A DNA stretch of 48,134 nucleotides from a virus (taxonomy: Duplodnaviria > Heunggongvirae > Uroviricota > Caudoviricetes), in IMG/VR virus record IMGVR_UViG_2651869782_000034; one strand, written 5' to 3'. The translations under genes and the position numbers were made by a program. Under the pieces are notes generated by a model. The model saw only the letters and a program-made list of their open reading frames with translations, ran no database searches and was not told the DNA's origin. This document shows, one piece after another, positions 1 through 8,749 of the stretch (positions are counted from its first letter, which is position 1; each line of letters opens with the position of its first letter).

Positions 1-192
1 TCAGGAGCATTTCTGATTAACGCCACCGTTAAGAATCCACCCTTCAACAGCTTCACGAAGGTATGATTTGGGGTGGGTTCTGACTGGCTTCGGAAATCCG
101 TGCCGTTTGGTATAGTTCCAGATTGTCTGACGTGATGAAACACCGAGCTTGTTCATCACTTCTTTCTCAGGAATCAGGCTGGTATCGGTCAT
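1..192 (-). CDS. AlpA/Xis-like excisionase-type DNA-binding protein
   Basis: 63-aa ORF MTDTSLIPEKEVMNKLGVSSRQTIWNYTKRHGFPKP; GGAGA RBS 7 nt upstream of ATG at 192; stop at 1-3. Confidence 0.65.
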   Translation of the reverse strand: MTDTSLIPEKEVMNKLGVSSRQTIWNYTKRHGFPKPVRTHPKSYLREAVEGWILNGGVNQKCS

Positions 193-205
193 CTTAATTC
201 TCCAG

Positions 206-229
206 GCAAAAAAAACCGCCATCAGGCGG
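206..229 (-). terminator. Rho-independent terminator (hairpin CCGCC-atca-GGCGG followed by T9 on minus strand)
   Basis: Plus-strand aaaaaaaaaccgccatcaggcgg read on minus strand gives GC hairpin plus U-run. Confidence 0.6.
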
Positions 230-389
230 CTTGGTGTTCTTTCAGTTCTTCAATTCGAATATTGGTTACGTCTGCATGTGCTATCTGCGCCCATATCATC
301 CAGTGGTTATAGCAGTCGTTGATGTCCTCTGCTTCGATAACTCTGTTGAATGGTTCTCCATTCCATTCACCTGTGACTCGGAAGTGCAT
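222..389 (-). CDS. Hypothetical phage protein
   Basis: ORF track 222..404; ATG at 389 with GGAGA upstream, TTG at 404 alternative. Confidence 0.4.
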   Translation of the reverse strand: MHFRVTGEWNGEPFNRVIEAEDINDCYNHWMIWAQIAHADVTNIRIEELKEHQAA

Positions 390-424
390 TTGTGATTTCT
401 CCAAAAGATGCTTGAGTGCGCTTC

Positions 425-724
425 TTATTCGATTCGCACACCTGGTATTTCGCCTTTTGAAATGGCTAAGTCATAAATTTGCGCAGCACTATACCCATCT
501 CGCATCCATGAATCTAAGGCGCGAATAGCCTCGCTACGCTTTTTATCTTCTCTTTCATTTTTGATATCAACGAGGACATCAACGCAATTAAGGCAAATGT
601 GGATTTTGTCCTTACATTCGATCATGGCGGCTTTGCCATGATTTCCGCCACACAGTGAGCATAAATCTTCATGGTCTGGCTGGTATTTCTGTAACGTTAG
701 AGGGTTGAATGTTGAACAGGCCAT
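425..724 (-). CDS. Hypothetical protein with Cys-rich zinc-finger-like motif
   Basis: CSLCGGNHGKAAMIECKDKIHICLNC; GGAG 9 nt upstream of ATG 724. Confidence 0.45.
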   Translation of the reverse strand: MACSTFNPLTLQKYQPDHEDLCSLCGGNHGKAAMIECKDKIHICLNCVDVLVDIKNEREDKKRSEAIRALDSWMRDGYSAAQIYDLAISKGEIPGVRIE

Positions 725-736
725 AATCATCTCCAT

Positions 737-760
737 AAAACAAAACTCGCCGTAGCGAGT
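737..760 (-). terminator. Candidate rho-independent terminator
   Basis: Minus-strand hairpin ACTCGC-tacg-GCGAGT followed by TTTGTTTT. Confidence 0.45.
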
Positions 761-795
761 TCAGATAAAAGAAATCCCCGCGAGTTCGAGGATTG

Positions 796-1078
796 TTATT
801 CATTGCCGATATTCACCTTTATCGCGAACACCTTTACCGGTTTATCGCCGAAGTGTGGATGTGTGATTGTCTTGATTTCATATCCTCCATACGGAACATC
901 AATTCTGCGACTGGAGTCGTCGCGCTTCGGATATCCCTTTGTGATAATCAGGCGGTCATACTCCCGGAACATAATTCGCTTATTCCAATAGTCATTACAC
1001 AGGCGATACTCTTCCGTTTTCTCTCCGCGAATCATGGCATCGAAGTATTCACCTTTAACGGCTAGTTGCAGGTTAGCC
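796..1078 (-). CDS. ASCH-like domain protein
   Basis: GTG start 6 nt after AGGAGG; GEKTEEYR motif resembling ASCH GxKxxExR; start overlaps upstream stop. Confidence 0.5.
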
Positions 1079-1867
1079 ACGGTTAACCTCCTGCGGCGGT
1101 TCTGGTAGCCGCATCCAGTGTGACGGTTTCCACGACGCACCAGGAATTATCCACCCATCATTAGCGTCAGGATGACCCGGGATGTAAGTCGCCCATTTCA
1201 TTCGCCAGTCACCTTTCCTGTCAAACTCCACGGCAACAAGAACGGCTGTTTTGGTATCCGGCATTCGCTCACTACAGCTTATCCAACCATCCGGAGTTAC
1301 CGGATAGTTGCGCATTGCGACCTTTAATGCCTCATAGAAGCACTCTTTCAAATTGTTGAACTGACACCCATTTAGAGGGCCGTGTTCAGTCAGCATGTTG
1401 TGTAATTTCCATGCCGCGTCGTTTACTTCTCTGGATGACAGGGGAGGCAACTTGTAAGTTTGGCTTACAGGTTCGGCACCATGAAGCATGGCAGCACGGC
1501 AGGCGTTCCAGCCAGCTGTTCGCCCAAGCGAGTAAACTTCAGATGGCTCAAGATAATCAATGTCATGCCCGTCCTCATCGTCGTTCTCAGGTAATGCAGC
1601 AGGTACTACTGGCACTGGAGGGGCGGCATAAACAGGAATAACGTCCGATTGCTCTTTATTGCTTTCATCCGTTAAAGCCCAGAATAATTTTCCAGCCGGA
1701 TGTTTGAAAATATAAGCAACTGGTTCTGCTTCCAGCGATGCCAGCGCCAACTTGAACGCCTGAAGCTCAATGGCACTGTTGGTATCCAGTCCAAACGGTA
1801 ATTCATCACGATTGGCTTCGTATTGAGCGATAGTTTGCTTCAGCCATTCTTTGGTTAGTTCAGCCAT
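1073..1867 (-). CDS. Phage protein with C-terminal DUF551-like domain
   Basis: C-terminal PDGWISCSERMPDT...WMRLPEPP resembles DUF551; ATG at 1867 (MAELTKEW). Confidence 0.55.
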   Translation of the reverse strand: MAELTKEWLKQTIAQYEANRDELPFGLDTNSAIELQAFKLALASLEAEPVAYIFKHPAGKLFWALTDESNKEQSDVIPVYAAPPVPVVPAALPENDDEDGHDIDYLEPSEVYSLGRTAGWNACRAAMLHGAEPVSQTYKLPPLSSREVNDAAWKLHNMLTEHGPLNGCQFNNLKECFYEALKVAMRNYPVTPDGWISCSERMPDTKTAVLVAVEFDRKGDWRMKWATYIPGHPDANDGWIIPGASWKPSHWMRLPEPPQEVNRG

Positions 1868-1871
1868 ATCC

Positions 1872-2258
1872 CTAATTCCCCTTGATGCTGACTTTGACGC
1901 CAACCTTGCGAATCTCATCGGCGCATCTGTTCACGATACTCCGGTGAAACTCACAAAAAATTTTCGCCGACTGCGGCCCTAATGGGTGAACATCGTGCGC
2001 ACGCGGCAGTACAACCTCCCGCGCATCCATGTCAGCAATCCGCTTGTCTTTGGCTTCCAGCTCATCCAGCAGCGCCAGCACGGTTTCTGGTCCGGCCAGA
2101 AATTTGAAGGCGTTGAGCGCATCAATATCCACACCGTAATCTTTAAGTTCCTGTTCACTTAACAAATCATCATCAGCTGGCAACATTAACAGGCGTTCCA
2201 TTGCTAGAATTGCACGTTCCGCCGCCTCACGCAGTGCCTGGTAATTAATTTCGCTCAC
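1872..2258 (-). CDS. Hypothetical early-left protein
   Basis: GTG start with AGGAGG 6 nt upstream; GTGA overlap with upstream stop. Confidence 0.5.
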   Translation of the reverse strand: MSEINYQALREAAERAILAMERLLMLPADDDLLSEQELKDYGVDIDALNAFKFLAGPETVLALLDELEAKDKRIADMDAREVVLPRAHDVHPLGPQSAKIFCEFHRSIVNRCADEIRKVGVKVSIKGN

Positions 2259-2704
2259 TGGTTGCCTCCTTTGCGAAGCTCAGCGGCGAAGGCTACTGCG
2301 TGATCATGATGTTCAAGTGTGTATGCACACTCCGCAAACATCTCCACGCCCTGCGCACGAATTTCAGCCAGGAAAGCATCGGTGGCTGGGGTTTCAGTAA
2401 CATCATCTTCCCATTCGCTAAACTCCTCACGACAAAAGTCATTAAATTCCTTCTCAGATTGCTTAAGCGAGGTATTTTCAGCAGCCATCTTCGCGCACTT
2501 GGCCTCAAGGTTATCAATCGTGATTCCAGCAGAACTACACTCCCGCAACGCCGTTTCTAGTTTTGATTCAAGTTCACCGAACTTACGCACAAGATATTCA
2601 GCGTTTGTTTCGTTAACCTTTAAATCACATGGGATGCATTTACCTTTCAGAAATCCATCCATCTCAATTAGTGTCATTTGTTTCATTTTTTCCCACTCCG
2701 CCAC
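2255..2704 (-). CDS. Ead/Ea22-like protein
   Basis: 149-aa acidic coiled-coil ORF in position and composition typical of Ea22 family; GTG start. Confidence 0.5.
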   Translation of the reverse strand: MAEWEKMKQMTLIEMDGFLKGKCIPCDLKVNETNAEYLVRKFGELESKLETALRECSSAGITIDNLEAKCAKMAAENTSLKQSEKEFNDFCREEFSEWEDDVTETPATDAFLAEIRAQGVEMFAECAYTLEHHDHAVAFAAELRKGGNQ

Positions 2705-2865
2705 ATCGCATTCAGATATTTGTTTTGATTCACTGATGGAAAAGAATTTCTCTTAAGCAATCCCTCTCTCGATGGCATTGGCTTTACGCGTTGGCGAATA
2801 ATCATTTCTGCCGGAAGAATGCCGGGATTGTATGCAAGTCCTCTCATGGTAAATTCCTCAGTCAT
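2683..2865 (-). CDS. Hypothetical small protein
   Basis: ATG at 2865 overlaps upstream stop (ATGACTGA), translational coupling. Confidence 0.4.
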   Translation of the reverse strand: MTEEFTMRGLAYNPGILPAEMIIRQRVKPMPSREGLLKRNSFPSVNQNKYLNAMWRSGKK

Positions 2866-3154
2866 TACTGATAGCGCCATAGCGTGAGCGGTAATTACGC
2901 AGGCGCGGGTCGATATATTCAGGGAAGTGGGTATATGTGGCTTTGCGGAATGGTCGGATTGATGTCTGGTAAATTCGCTCGCGTTCTTCTTTCTCTGCAA
3001 GCCATATACAGTGGCGAAATTCCTTTTCCTCTTTCGTTTCCTGCGGTAGCGACATTATCCGATCGTAGTTTTTTCTGAATTTATCCAGCACCTCCGATAC
3101 GGAATTGCCGGAACAGCGGCGCGGGTCATCCACACCATACAGAGGCACTGGCAT
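2858..3154 (-). CDS. Hypothetical protein
   Basis: 98-aa ORF, AAGGA RBS 7 nt upstream of ATG 3154. Confidence 0.5.
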   Translation of the reverse strand: MPVPLYGVDDPRRCSGNSVSEVLDKFRKNYDRIMSLPQETKEEKEFRHCIWLAEKEERERIYQTSIRPFRKATYTHFPEYIDPRLRNYRSRYGAISND

Positions 3155-3177
3155 GATTAAATCCTTATGTTGCTAAT

Positions 3178-3561
3178 TTAGAAGGGAATTGAATCGTCGT
3201 GTTCAGGATGATTTTGATGATTGCTACTTTGTTGCTGTTGGCTGTTTCCTGAAGTTGCAAATCCAATCTTTGCATTCAGTAATTCAAGAGTGATTGATTG
3301 ACCATTTTGCCCCTGATAAACATCAACCCTGATGTTTTCTCCGGTAATTTCAGCAATGCCACCTTCAACAAGAACACTACGGTAGTAATCCGCTTGCGCT
3401 CCCGGCTTGGCAAATACAACGGCGCTGTAGTTTGTCCATTCTTTCTTTTTTGTCTGGCGATCGTAATACTGAACGCCAGCACGGATGTTGAATCCGATAT
3501 TTTCCCCGGCCTGAAACTCTCTTGCGGGCTTGTTTAGTCTTACAGTAATCGAATGTGCCAT
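3178..3561 (-). CDS. Single-stranded DNA-binding protein (phage SSB-like)
   Basis: OB-fold-like core, Q-rich linker and acidic C-terminal tail ending DDSIPF as in SSB; ATG overlaps erf stop (TAATG). Confidence 0.65.
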   Translation of the reverse strand: MAHSITVRLNKPAREFQAGENIGFNIRAGVQYYDRQTKKKEWTNYSAVVFAKPGAQADYYRSVLVEGGIAEITGENIRVDVYQGQNGQSITLELLNAKIGFATSGNSQQQQSSNHQNHPEHDDSIPF

Positions 3562-4166
3562 TAAGCAGCCGCTCCTTCTAATTCGTCTCGTCTGATGTTG
3601 TAAACGTCCTGCGCTTTGTGCTGCTCCGGTGTGCCTTCGAGCATCTTCCACGCTTTGGCGAACGCCTGTTTAAGCTCTTCTACGGTGTTTTTCTGCATTG
3701 CTGCGTCAGTGAATGCTTTTAGAACCTGTTCAGGTGTAGGTGATGGTTTTGATTGCTTTGCTGCTGCGTTCTGCTGATGTTTATGCTCGTCGGTATCTGC
3801 ATCTTTCGCATCATCAATGCCGAACAAACCATTGAGGCAATACTTGCGTGCATAAGAGCTTGTAGCTCCCGTAACTTGTGCAGAATCCATTCCTTTCTTG
3901 CTTTCTTCCTCTCGTGCAAGAGCGGTTGCCGTATGACTGTTTTCGCCATCGGTAATAGTTGCCGTGGCTTTCACATAATACCGATCACCAATCAACACAA
4001 CTTCATCGCTGATTGATAAAAACAGGCCATTCAGTAACGGCTTAACGCCTTCAAGAATGTCTTCGCAGCTTCTGTATTTATATTTACCGAATGAGTTGTA
4101 CTGATTCTTTGGCGCATTCAGATTCTCCTGAATAGCTGCCAGTCTTGCGTAAAATTCTTTGCTCAT
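3561..4166 (-). CDS. erf: ERF-family single-strand annealing recombinase
   Basis: MSKEFYARLAAIQENL... N-terminus and domain organisation of P22 Erf. Confidence 0.8.
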   Translation of the reverse strand: MSKEFYARLAAIQENLNAPKNQYNSFGKYKYRSCEDILEGVKPLLNGLFLSISDEVVLIGDRYYVKATATITDGENSHTATALAREEESKKGMDSAQVTGATSSYARKYCLNGLFGIDDAKDADTDEHKHQQNAAAKQSKPSPTPEQVLKAFTDAAMQKNTVEELKQAFAKAWKMLEGTPEQHKAQDVYNIRRDELEGAAA

Positions 4167-4176
4167 ATGATTGTTC

Positions 4177-4347
4177 TCAGAATGGACACGGCCCAAGGAA
4201 ATAACGCTGATTTAATACTTCAGTCTTTGCCGCATTTAAAAATACGCGAACACCTTCACGATCTCCCTTCTGGCGATACATTAACGCCTGCTGCGTGTAC
4301 ATGCGTCTCTGTAACTTGCTTTCCTTCACTGTGGTTGCAAGTGACAT
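4177..4347 (-). CDS. Small protein (56 aa) directly upstream of erf; Arf/Kil-position gene
   Basis: AAGGAG 7 nt upstream of ATG 4347; MSLATTVKESKLQRRMYTQQALMYRQKGD...; not in ORF track (<60 aa). Confidence 0.4.
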   Translation of the reverse strand: MSLATTVKESKLQRRMYTQQALMYRQKGDREGVRVFLNAAKTEVLNQRYFLGPCPF

Positions 4348-4426
4348 GAATATCTCCTTCGTTACCGATTAATTCTTTCATCTGACGAATGAATTCTTCG
4401 TCTGACCAGTTATCTGTGAAACTCAT
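4256..4426 (-). CDS. Alternative small ORF overlapping 4177..4347 in another frame
   Basis: ORF track 4256..4441; ATG 4426 MSFTDNWSDEEFIRQMKEL; only one of the two overlapping ORFs is likely real. Confidence 0.25.
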   Translation of the reverse strand: MSFTDNWSDEEFIRQMKELIGNEGDIHVTCNHSEGKQVTETHVHAAGVNVSPEGRS

Positions 4427-4560
4427 TTCCTGCGATACCACGGAAGGTTGATAGCTGATTTCATCGCTTTATTTGCTTCAAGCCACATTATTGGAATCAC
4501 CAATAAATCTGGCTATTACTGCTTTGTTTTGTGCCGCACGAAGCATCTGGTGATTAATGG

Positions 4561-4692
4561 CTATTTCATTGCGCATAATAAGACCTCAACTCTTTTCCAT
4601 CCGTCACGTAATTTACGGGTGATTCGTTCAAGTAAAGATTCATTTAATTGGAAGGCACCCATGCGAGCGCCTCCCGCGATTGCGTAAATCAT
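4561..4692 (-). CDS. cIII: CIII-like protease inhibitor (protects CII from FtsH)
   Basis: MIYAIAG...ESLLERITRKLRDGWKR matches lambda CIII core; AAGGAA RBS; 43 aa so absent from ORF track. Confidence 0.65.
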   Translation of the reverse strand: MIYAIAGGARMGAFQLNESLLERITRKLRDGWKRVEVLLCAMK

Positions 4693-4716
4693 GGGTGGTT
4701 CCTTATGTTGGTTTTA

Positions 4717-5685
4717 TTAGTAGGTTATTTTTGTTGCGAATACTTCGCCTTTTACGATGGCTGTTATGATATTTTTAGCAACATCTTCTGATGCACCAAC
4801 CTTGATAAGGTCAGCAAGTATTTTGTTATTTACTTCTTTCCGGTGAGCTTTATCCTTTGCTCTACGCTCTTCTTCTTCCTTGATTCTTTTTTCTTCTGCT
4901 ATTCTGGCTTGCTCTTTTGCTTCAGCCTCGCGCCTGATTCGTTCAGCCTCCTCCTGTGCTTTTCGGCGTTCTGCTTCAATTGCCGCCTGCTTTTCTCTTT
5001 CAGCTCGTTCTGCTGCCTCTTTTGCTTCGCGCTGTGCTCGTTGCTCGGCTTCAATGCGTTCACGCTCTGCACGTTCCGCTGCGGCCTTAGCTTCTGCTTC
5101 TCGCCTTGCTGCTGCTTCAATTTCGGCTTTTGCCTTTGCTTCGGCTTCTGCTCTGGCTTTCTCTTCAGCTTCTCTTTTTAAGCGTTCTTCATGCTCTCGC
5201 TTTTCCTGCTCCGCTTTGAGTCTTGCCTCTTCTCTTTGGCGGTCAAATTCGCGATCCATCAAAATCGCTATTTCATGGTCAGACTCAATTTGCTTTGCGA
5301 GAGCTTCAGCTGCTGCCTTAGCTTCTTCTTCGGCTTTAATCCGCGCCTGTTCTTCCTCATAATCAGTAAGAGGCTGGCGCGCCTTGGCTTTCAGTTCATC
5401 AAGGCGATCACGCACTGTCTTGCGGTTAGCATCAATTAGCTTTGGAATTTCCTTCAGTTCAGCAACAAGGTCTTTGCCAAGACCATCGAGATATGTTTTC
5501 GTCTGCGCAACTTTATACGCCAGAGAAGCGATCTCCTTTCTGCCCTTTGCCGTTGTGATATCAGGCACAAAGGACATAACTTCACGTTCAACCTTTTGAA
5601 GGATTTCTTCAATCTGGTCGGCAGACTGAAATACAGTCATTGCATTTGCTTTTTCAATAACAACTAAATCTGTTACTTCACTCAT
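4717..5685 (-). CDS. Coiled-coil protein with long E/A/K/R low-complexity repeat region
   Basis: GGAGGA RBS 6 nt upstream of ATG 5685; about 150 aa of AEAKAKAE/REAEEK repeats. Confidence 0.6.
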   Translation of the reverse strand: MSEVTDLVVIEKANAMTVFQSADQIEEILQKVEREVMSFVPDITTAKGRKEIASLAYKVAQTKTYLDGLGKDLVAELKEIPKLIDANRKTVRDRLDELKAKARQPLTDYEEEQARIKAEEEAKAAAEALAKQIESDHEIAILMDREFDRQREEARLKAEQEKREHEERLKREAEEKARAEAEAKAKAEIEAAARREAEAKAAAERAERERIEAEQRAQREAKEAAERAEREKQAAIEAERRKAQEEAERIRREAEAKEQARIAEEKRIKEEEERRAKDKAHRKEVNNKILADLIKVGASEDVAKNIITAIVKGEVFATKITY

Positions 5686-5696
5686 ATATCCTCCAT

Positions 5697-5724
5697 CAAA
5701 AAAAATTGCCCTCACACTGGAGGG
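5697..5724 (-). terminator. Rho-independent terminator inside early-left operon
   Basis: Minus-strand hairpin GCCCTC-cagtgt-GAGGGC followed by AATTTTTTTT. Confidence 0.55.
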
Positions 5725-5820
5725 CAAAGAAGATTTCCAATAATCAGAACAAGTCGGCTCCTGTTTAGTTACGAGCGACATTGCTCCGTGTATTCACTCG
5801 TTGGAATGAATACACAGTGC

Positions 5821-6009
5821 TTATTCGTCATGCATTTCAGGTAATTCTTCGTATTCGACGCCCCATACGTTTTCACACCAACTAACTCGCTCATATCTTT
5901 TACAGAAATCAGACCACATAACTTGTGTTTCATCATGGTTTGTTATTATTTCTGTAATATCACCAACACTAACAAAACTGGTATTAGAAGCAGTTATTTT
6001 TACTTTCAT
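5821..6009 (-). CDS. Hypothetical protein
   Basis: 62-aa ORF, start overlaps stop of upstream gene. Confidence 0.4.
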   Translation of the reverse strand: MKVKITASNTSFVSVGDITEIITNHDETQVMWSDFCKRYERVSWCENVWGVEYEELPEMHDE

Positions 6010-6299
6010 TACTCATCTCCAAGAGCTTTGCTAATTGCTGACTGTGCTTTCGATACTTCATCAGGATAATGGTCATTCCAGTTTTGCTTGTATGCCTTGT
6101 TTAGCATCGCTTTCAGGGCATTTAAAAGGTCAGGTGCTGCCGCTATTAGATTGGCATCTTCAATACATTGAACTTCCTCACAGATTGCAATATACGAACG
6201 CCAGCCTGCGCCATTTTCAAGTGAGTCTGCCTGGATGATTTTAATCTCATCGCCATCCATCATTATTTCCCACTTACCTTCAGTACCTTTAAATTCCAT
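6009..6299 (-). CDS. Hypothetical protein
   Basis: ATG 6299 with AGAGG RBS; ORF track 6009..6323. Confidence 0.45.
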   Translation of the reverse strand: MEFKGTEGKWEIMMDGDEIKIIQADSLENGAGWRSYIAICEEVQCIEDANLIAAAPDLLNALKAMLNKAYKQNWNDHYPDEVSKAQSAISKALGDE

Positions 6300-6336
6300 G
6301 TTAGCCTCTGTTGTTAGTGCCAAAAATAAAGGCCGA

Positions 6337-6660
6337 CTATGCGGCCTTATCTACATTTCTGAACCAAACGCAGATCGGACCGTCTTCTGTATCGTGAATC
6401 GAACCGACAAACCATCCTTCTCCATCTGGCATGCTTGGCTCCCATCCACTGATGTTTGGATTCCCATCTTCAAAATACGCGTCAATTACCGTTTGATTGT
6501 TGTCGTTTTCCATTTCAACAATTGATGATTCAATGCCATGCTGCTTGCAGAAAGATCTGAACTCATCAACTGAAATTACCTCTCTATCCCCAAACAGGTT
6601 GGCGTATTCTGGGTGCGTCCAGTAGCCATCCTCGCTTCGCTCTACTACTAATGCTTCCAT
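6337..6660 (-). CDS. Hypothetical protein
   Basis: GAGGTG RBS directly upstream of ATG 6660. Confidence 0.5.
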   Translation of the reverse strand: MEALVVERSEDGYWTHPEYANLFGDREVISVDEFRSFCKQHGIESSIVEMENDNNQTVIDAYFEDGNPNISGWEPSMPDGEGWFVGSIHDTEDGPICVWFRNVDKAA

Positions 6661-6668
6661 ATCTCACC

Positions 6669-6995
6669 TCAAATAAGTGGTTTGCTGCCTAATTTCATTT
6701 TCTGGCGACCAACACAAGTCACACCCATTTCACTGCGTGGCTTGCTGTACCTTGTGCGCTGATTCTTGCGCTCAATACGTTGCAGGTTGCTTTCAATCTG
6801 TTCGTGGTATTCAGCCAGCACCGTAAGGTCTATCGGATTCAGTGCGCTTTCTACTCGTGATTTCGGTTTGCGATTCAGCGAGAGAATAGGGCGGTTAACT
6901 GGTTTAGCGCTTACCCCAACCAACAGGGGATTTGCTGCTTTCCATTGAGCCTGTTTCTCTGCGCGACGTTCGCGGCGGCGTGTTTGTGCATCCAT
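6669..6995 (-). CDS. N: Antitermination protein N (lambda-type)
   Basis: MDAQTRRRERRAEKQAQWKAANPLLVGVSAKPVNRPILSLNRKPKSRVESALNPIDLTVLAEYH matches lambda N including arginine-rich motif. Confidence 0.9.
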   Translation of the reverse strand: MDAQTRRRERRAEKQAQWKAANPLLVGVSAKPVNRPILSLNRKPKSRVESALNPIDLTVLAEYHEQIESNLQRIERKNQRTRYSKPRSEMGVTCVGRQKMKLGSKPLI

Positions 6996-7105
6996 CTGGA
7001 TTCTCCTGTCAGTTAGCTTTGAGTAACGCGCCGTGATGCTTATCTCCACGGTTGCTGTCTTGCAGCTGCATTTCGCGCTACTCAAAGCTTTCTGCTTTGA
7101 ATGCT

Positions 7106-7137
7106 GCCCTTCTTCAGGGCTTAATTTTTAAGAGCCT
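7106..7137 (-). promoter_or_regulatory. nutL (boxA GGCTCTTAA, boxB GCCCTGAAGAAGGGC)
   Basis: Minus-strand read gctcttaaaaattaagccctgaagaagggcagca matches lambda nutL; boxB is a perfect hairpin. Confidence 0.85.
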
Positions 7138-7139
7138 CA

Positions 7140-7265
7140 CCTTCAATGGTGGTTAGTGCATCCTGCTGATGGCTAAATAGTACGATTTGTACTTTATCGA
7201 GTCAATACAAAATGTTCTAAATATAATTGGTTTTTTATAACGCTTTGTATTTAATGGGTTTATAT
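7140..7265 (-). promoter_or_regulatory. pL/OL region with palindromic operator candidates
   Basis: Palindrome AGTACgatttGTACT at 7179-7193 and ACAAAATGT at 7206-7214; unlike lambda OL. Confidence 0.5.
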
Positions 7266-7267
7266 TT

Positions 7268-7300
7268 TGGAAAAAGAAAACCCGACACTAAGGTCGGGTT
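7268..7300 (-). terminator. Terminator downstream of cI
   Basis: Minus-strand hairpin CCCGACCTTAGTGTCGGG followed by TTTTCTTTTT. Confidence 0.6.
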
Positions 7301-7330
7301 ATTGTTGTGTGCTTTAGAGTGGTGAGGCTG

Positions 7331-7990
7331 TTAACTAAATGTCTCTTCAGGCCACTGGCTGGCGATAACTTTCCCTACAACGGAACAGCTATCATTGCAT
7401 GGGATCATTGGATATTGCGGGTTTAGTGGCTGTAGGAACACCTGACCGCTATCCCTGATCAGTTTCTTGAAGGTAAACTCGTCACCACCAAGTCTGGCTA
7501 TGCAGAAATCACCTGGCTCAACAGCCTGCTCAGGGTCAACGAGAATTAACATCCCGTCAGGAAAGCTTGGCTTGGATCCTGTTGGCGCGGTCATGGAATT
7601 ACCTTCAACTTCAAGCCAGAACGCACAATCACTGGCTTTTTTGGTTGTGCTGACCCATCTCTCCGCATCACCTTTGGTAAAGGTTCTAAGCTCAGGCGAG
7701 AACATCCCGGCCTGAACATGAGAAAAAACAGGGTACTCATATTGTTTTTTAACGGGGGCAGATGAGTATTCGCCAACAGGTGAAAATGTACCGTCGTGGT
7801 TGAATGAGACGTTATCAATACCAAGGTATTTAAACACCACACCAATCTCGTCAAGAGATGGATGACGAGATCCGCGCAACCAGTGACCAATTCCACCCTG
7901 CGTCATACCAAGCTCTTCAGCTAACTTCTCTTGAGTTATGCCGAGCTCTTTCATTCTGGATCTAGCCAGTTCATACCATTTCATTTTCAT
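7331..7990 (-). CDS. cI: CI-type prophage repressor, hybrid: heterologous HTH N-domain plus lambda-type S24 C-terminal domain
   Basis: C-terminal [30 protein letters not shown]...[11 protein letters not shown] matches lambda cI; N-terminal [37 protein letters not shown] is a different XRE-type HTH. Confidence 0.9.
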   Translation of the reverse strand: MKMKWYELARSRMKELGITQEKLAEELGMTQGGIGHWLRGSRHPSLDEIGVVFKYLGIDNVSFNHDGTFSPVGEYSSAPVKKQYEYPVFSHVQAGMFSPELRTFTKGDAERWVSTTKKASDCAFWLEVEGNSMTAPTGSKPSFPDGMLILVDPEQAVEPGDFCIARLGGDEFTFKKLIRDSGQVFLQPLNPQYPMIPCNDSCSVVGKVIASQWPEETFS

Positions 7991-8101
7991 ACCCTTATTA
8001 TTACGCTCTGTACTAAAACCATCCATGCACAAGATGTATTTTTTGTTTGCATTCTAAAAGTACATATCGTATTATTGTTTCATGGTTACTATGGAGGGCA
8101 T
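7991..8101. promoter_or_regulatory. OR / pRM / pR divergent control region
   Basis: Between divergent cI and cro; AGTACatatcGTATT and ACAAGATGT operator-like sequences; candidate pR -35 TTTGCA / -10 TATTAT. Confidence 0.55.
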
Positions 8102-8317
8102 ATGAGCAACCTACGAAAATATCGAGAGTCACTGAATATCTCTCAAACAACACTTGCTAAGGCAGTTGGATGCACACAGGGAGCTATCGGACATTGGGAA
8201 TCTGGTCGTCGCTTCCCAGACCTTAAAACATGCCGTGCTCTTGTTGAGTGCCTAAACAAGTTAGGCGCAAAAGTCAGTCTTGATGACGTGTTCCCGCCGG
8301 AACACAAAGCCGCTTAA
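8102..8317 (+). CDS. cro: Cro-like HTH repressor
   Basis: GGAGGG RBS; 71-aa HTH ORF divergent from cI, followed by nutR. Confidence 0.75.
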   Translation: MSNLRKYRESLNISQTTLAKAVGCTQGAIGHWESGRRFPDLKTCRALVECLNKLGAKVSLDDVFPPEHKAA

Positions 8318-8326
8318 GACATTCTA

Positions 8327-8357
8327 GCTCTTACACATCCCCGCCCTGGAAAAGGGC
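8327..8357 (+). promoter_or_regulatory. nutR (boxA GCTCTTACA, boxB GCCCTGGAAAAGGGC)
   Basis: agctcttacacatccccgccctggaaaagggc closely matches lambda nutR. Confidence 0.85.
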
Positions 8358-8433
8358 ATTACCAGAAACAAATCTCTATGGTTTTGCGTTTCTTTGCGAA
8401 GCCAACTCTATCTAATCATTAAGGAAATTATCT

Positions 8434-8715
8434 ATGGGTACTATTGCAACTAAAAGCAAGAAAGCGGCTCGCATCGAGTCAGCCTTGCTGAACAAACTGG
8501 CACTGATGGGGCAGAAGACATTCGCTCGAGCGATGGGGGTTCCTGAATATCAGGTAAGCCGATGGAAGAATGGTTTCTTCTCGCAGGTAAGCATGATGCT
8601 GGCTGTTCTGGAATACGGAATCGAAGACGATGAAATGGCTGAGCTGACTAAGCGGCTTGCCAATTACCTGACAAAAGAAAAAGCCCCGAAGAACGGCGAA
8701 TTCTTCGAGGCCTGA
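8434..8715 (+). CDS. cII: CII transcriptional activator
   Basis: ARIESALLNKLALMGQKT...SRWK...SMMLAVLEYGIEDDEMAEL matches lambda CII. Confidence 0.85.
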   Translation: MGTIATKSKKAARIESALLNKLALMGQKTFARAMGVPEYQVSRWKNGFFSQVSMMLAVLEYGIEDDEMAELTKRLANYLTKEKAPKNGEFFEA

Positions 8716-8749
8716 TGTAGAAAAACTGGATCAATCCACAGGAGTAATT

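Noticed and set aside
4843-5599. Plus-strand ORFs (4843..5181, 4880..5362, 5191..5439, 5384..5599) rich in Ser/Ala/Leu/Phe
   Set aside because: They are antisense to the E/A/K/R repeat gene and arise from its repetitive GC-skewed sequence; no RBS and low-complexity translation.
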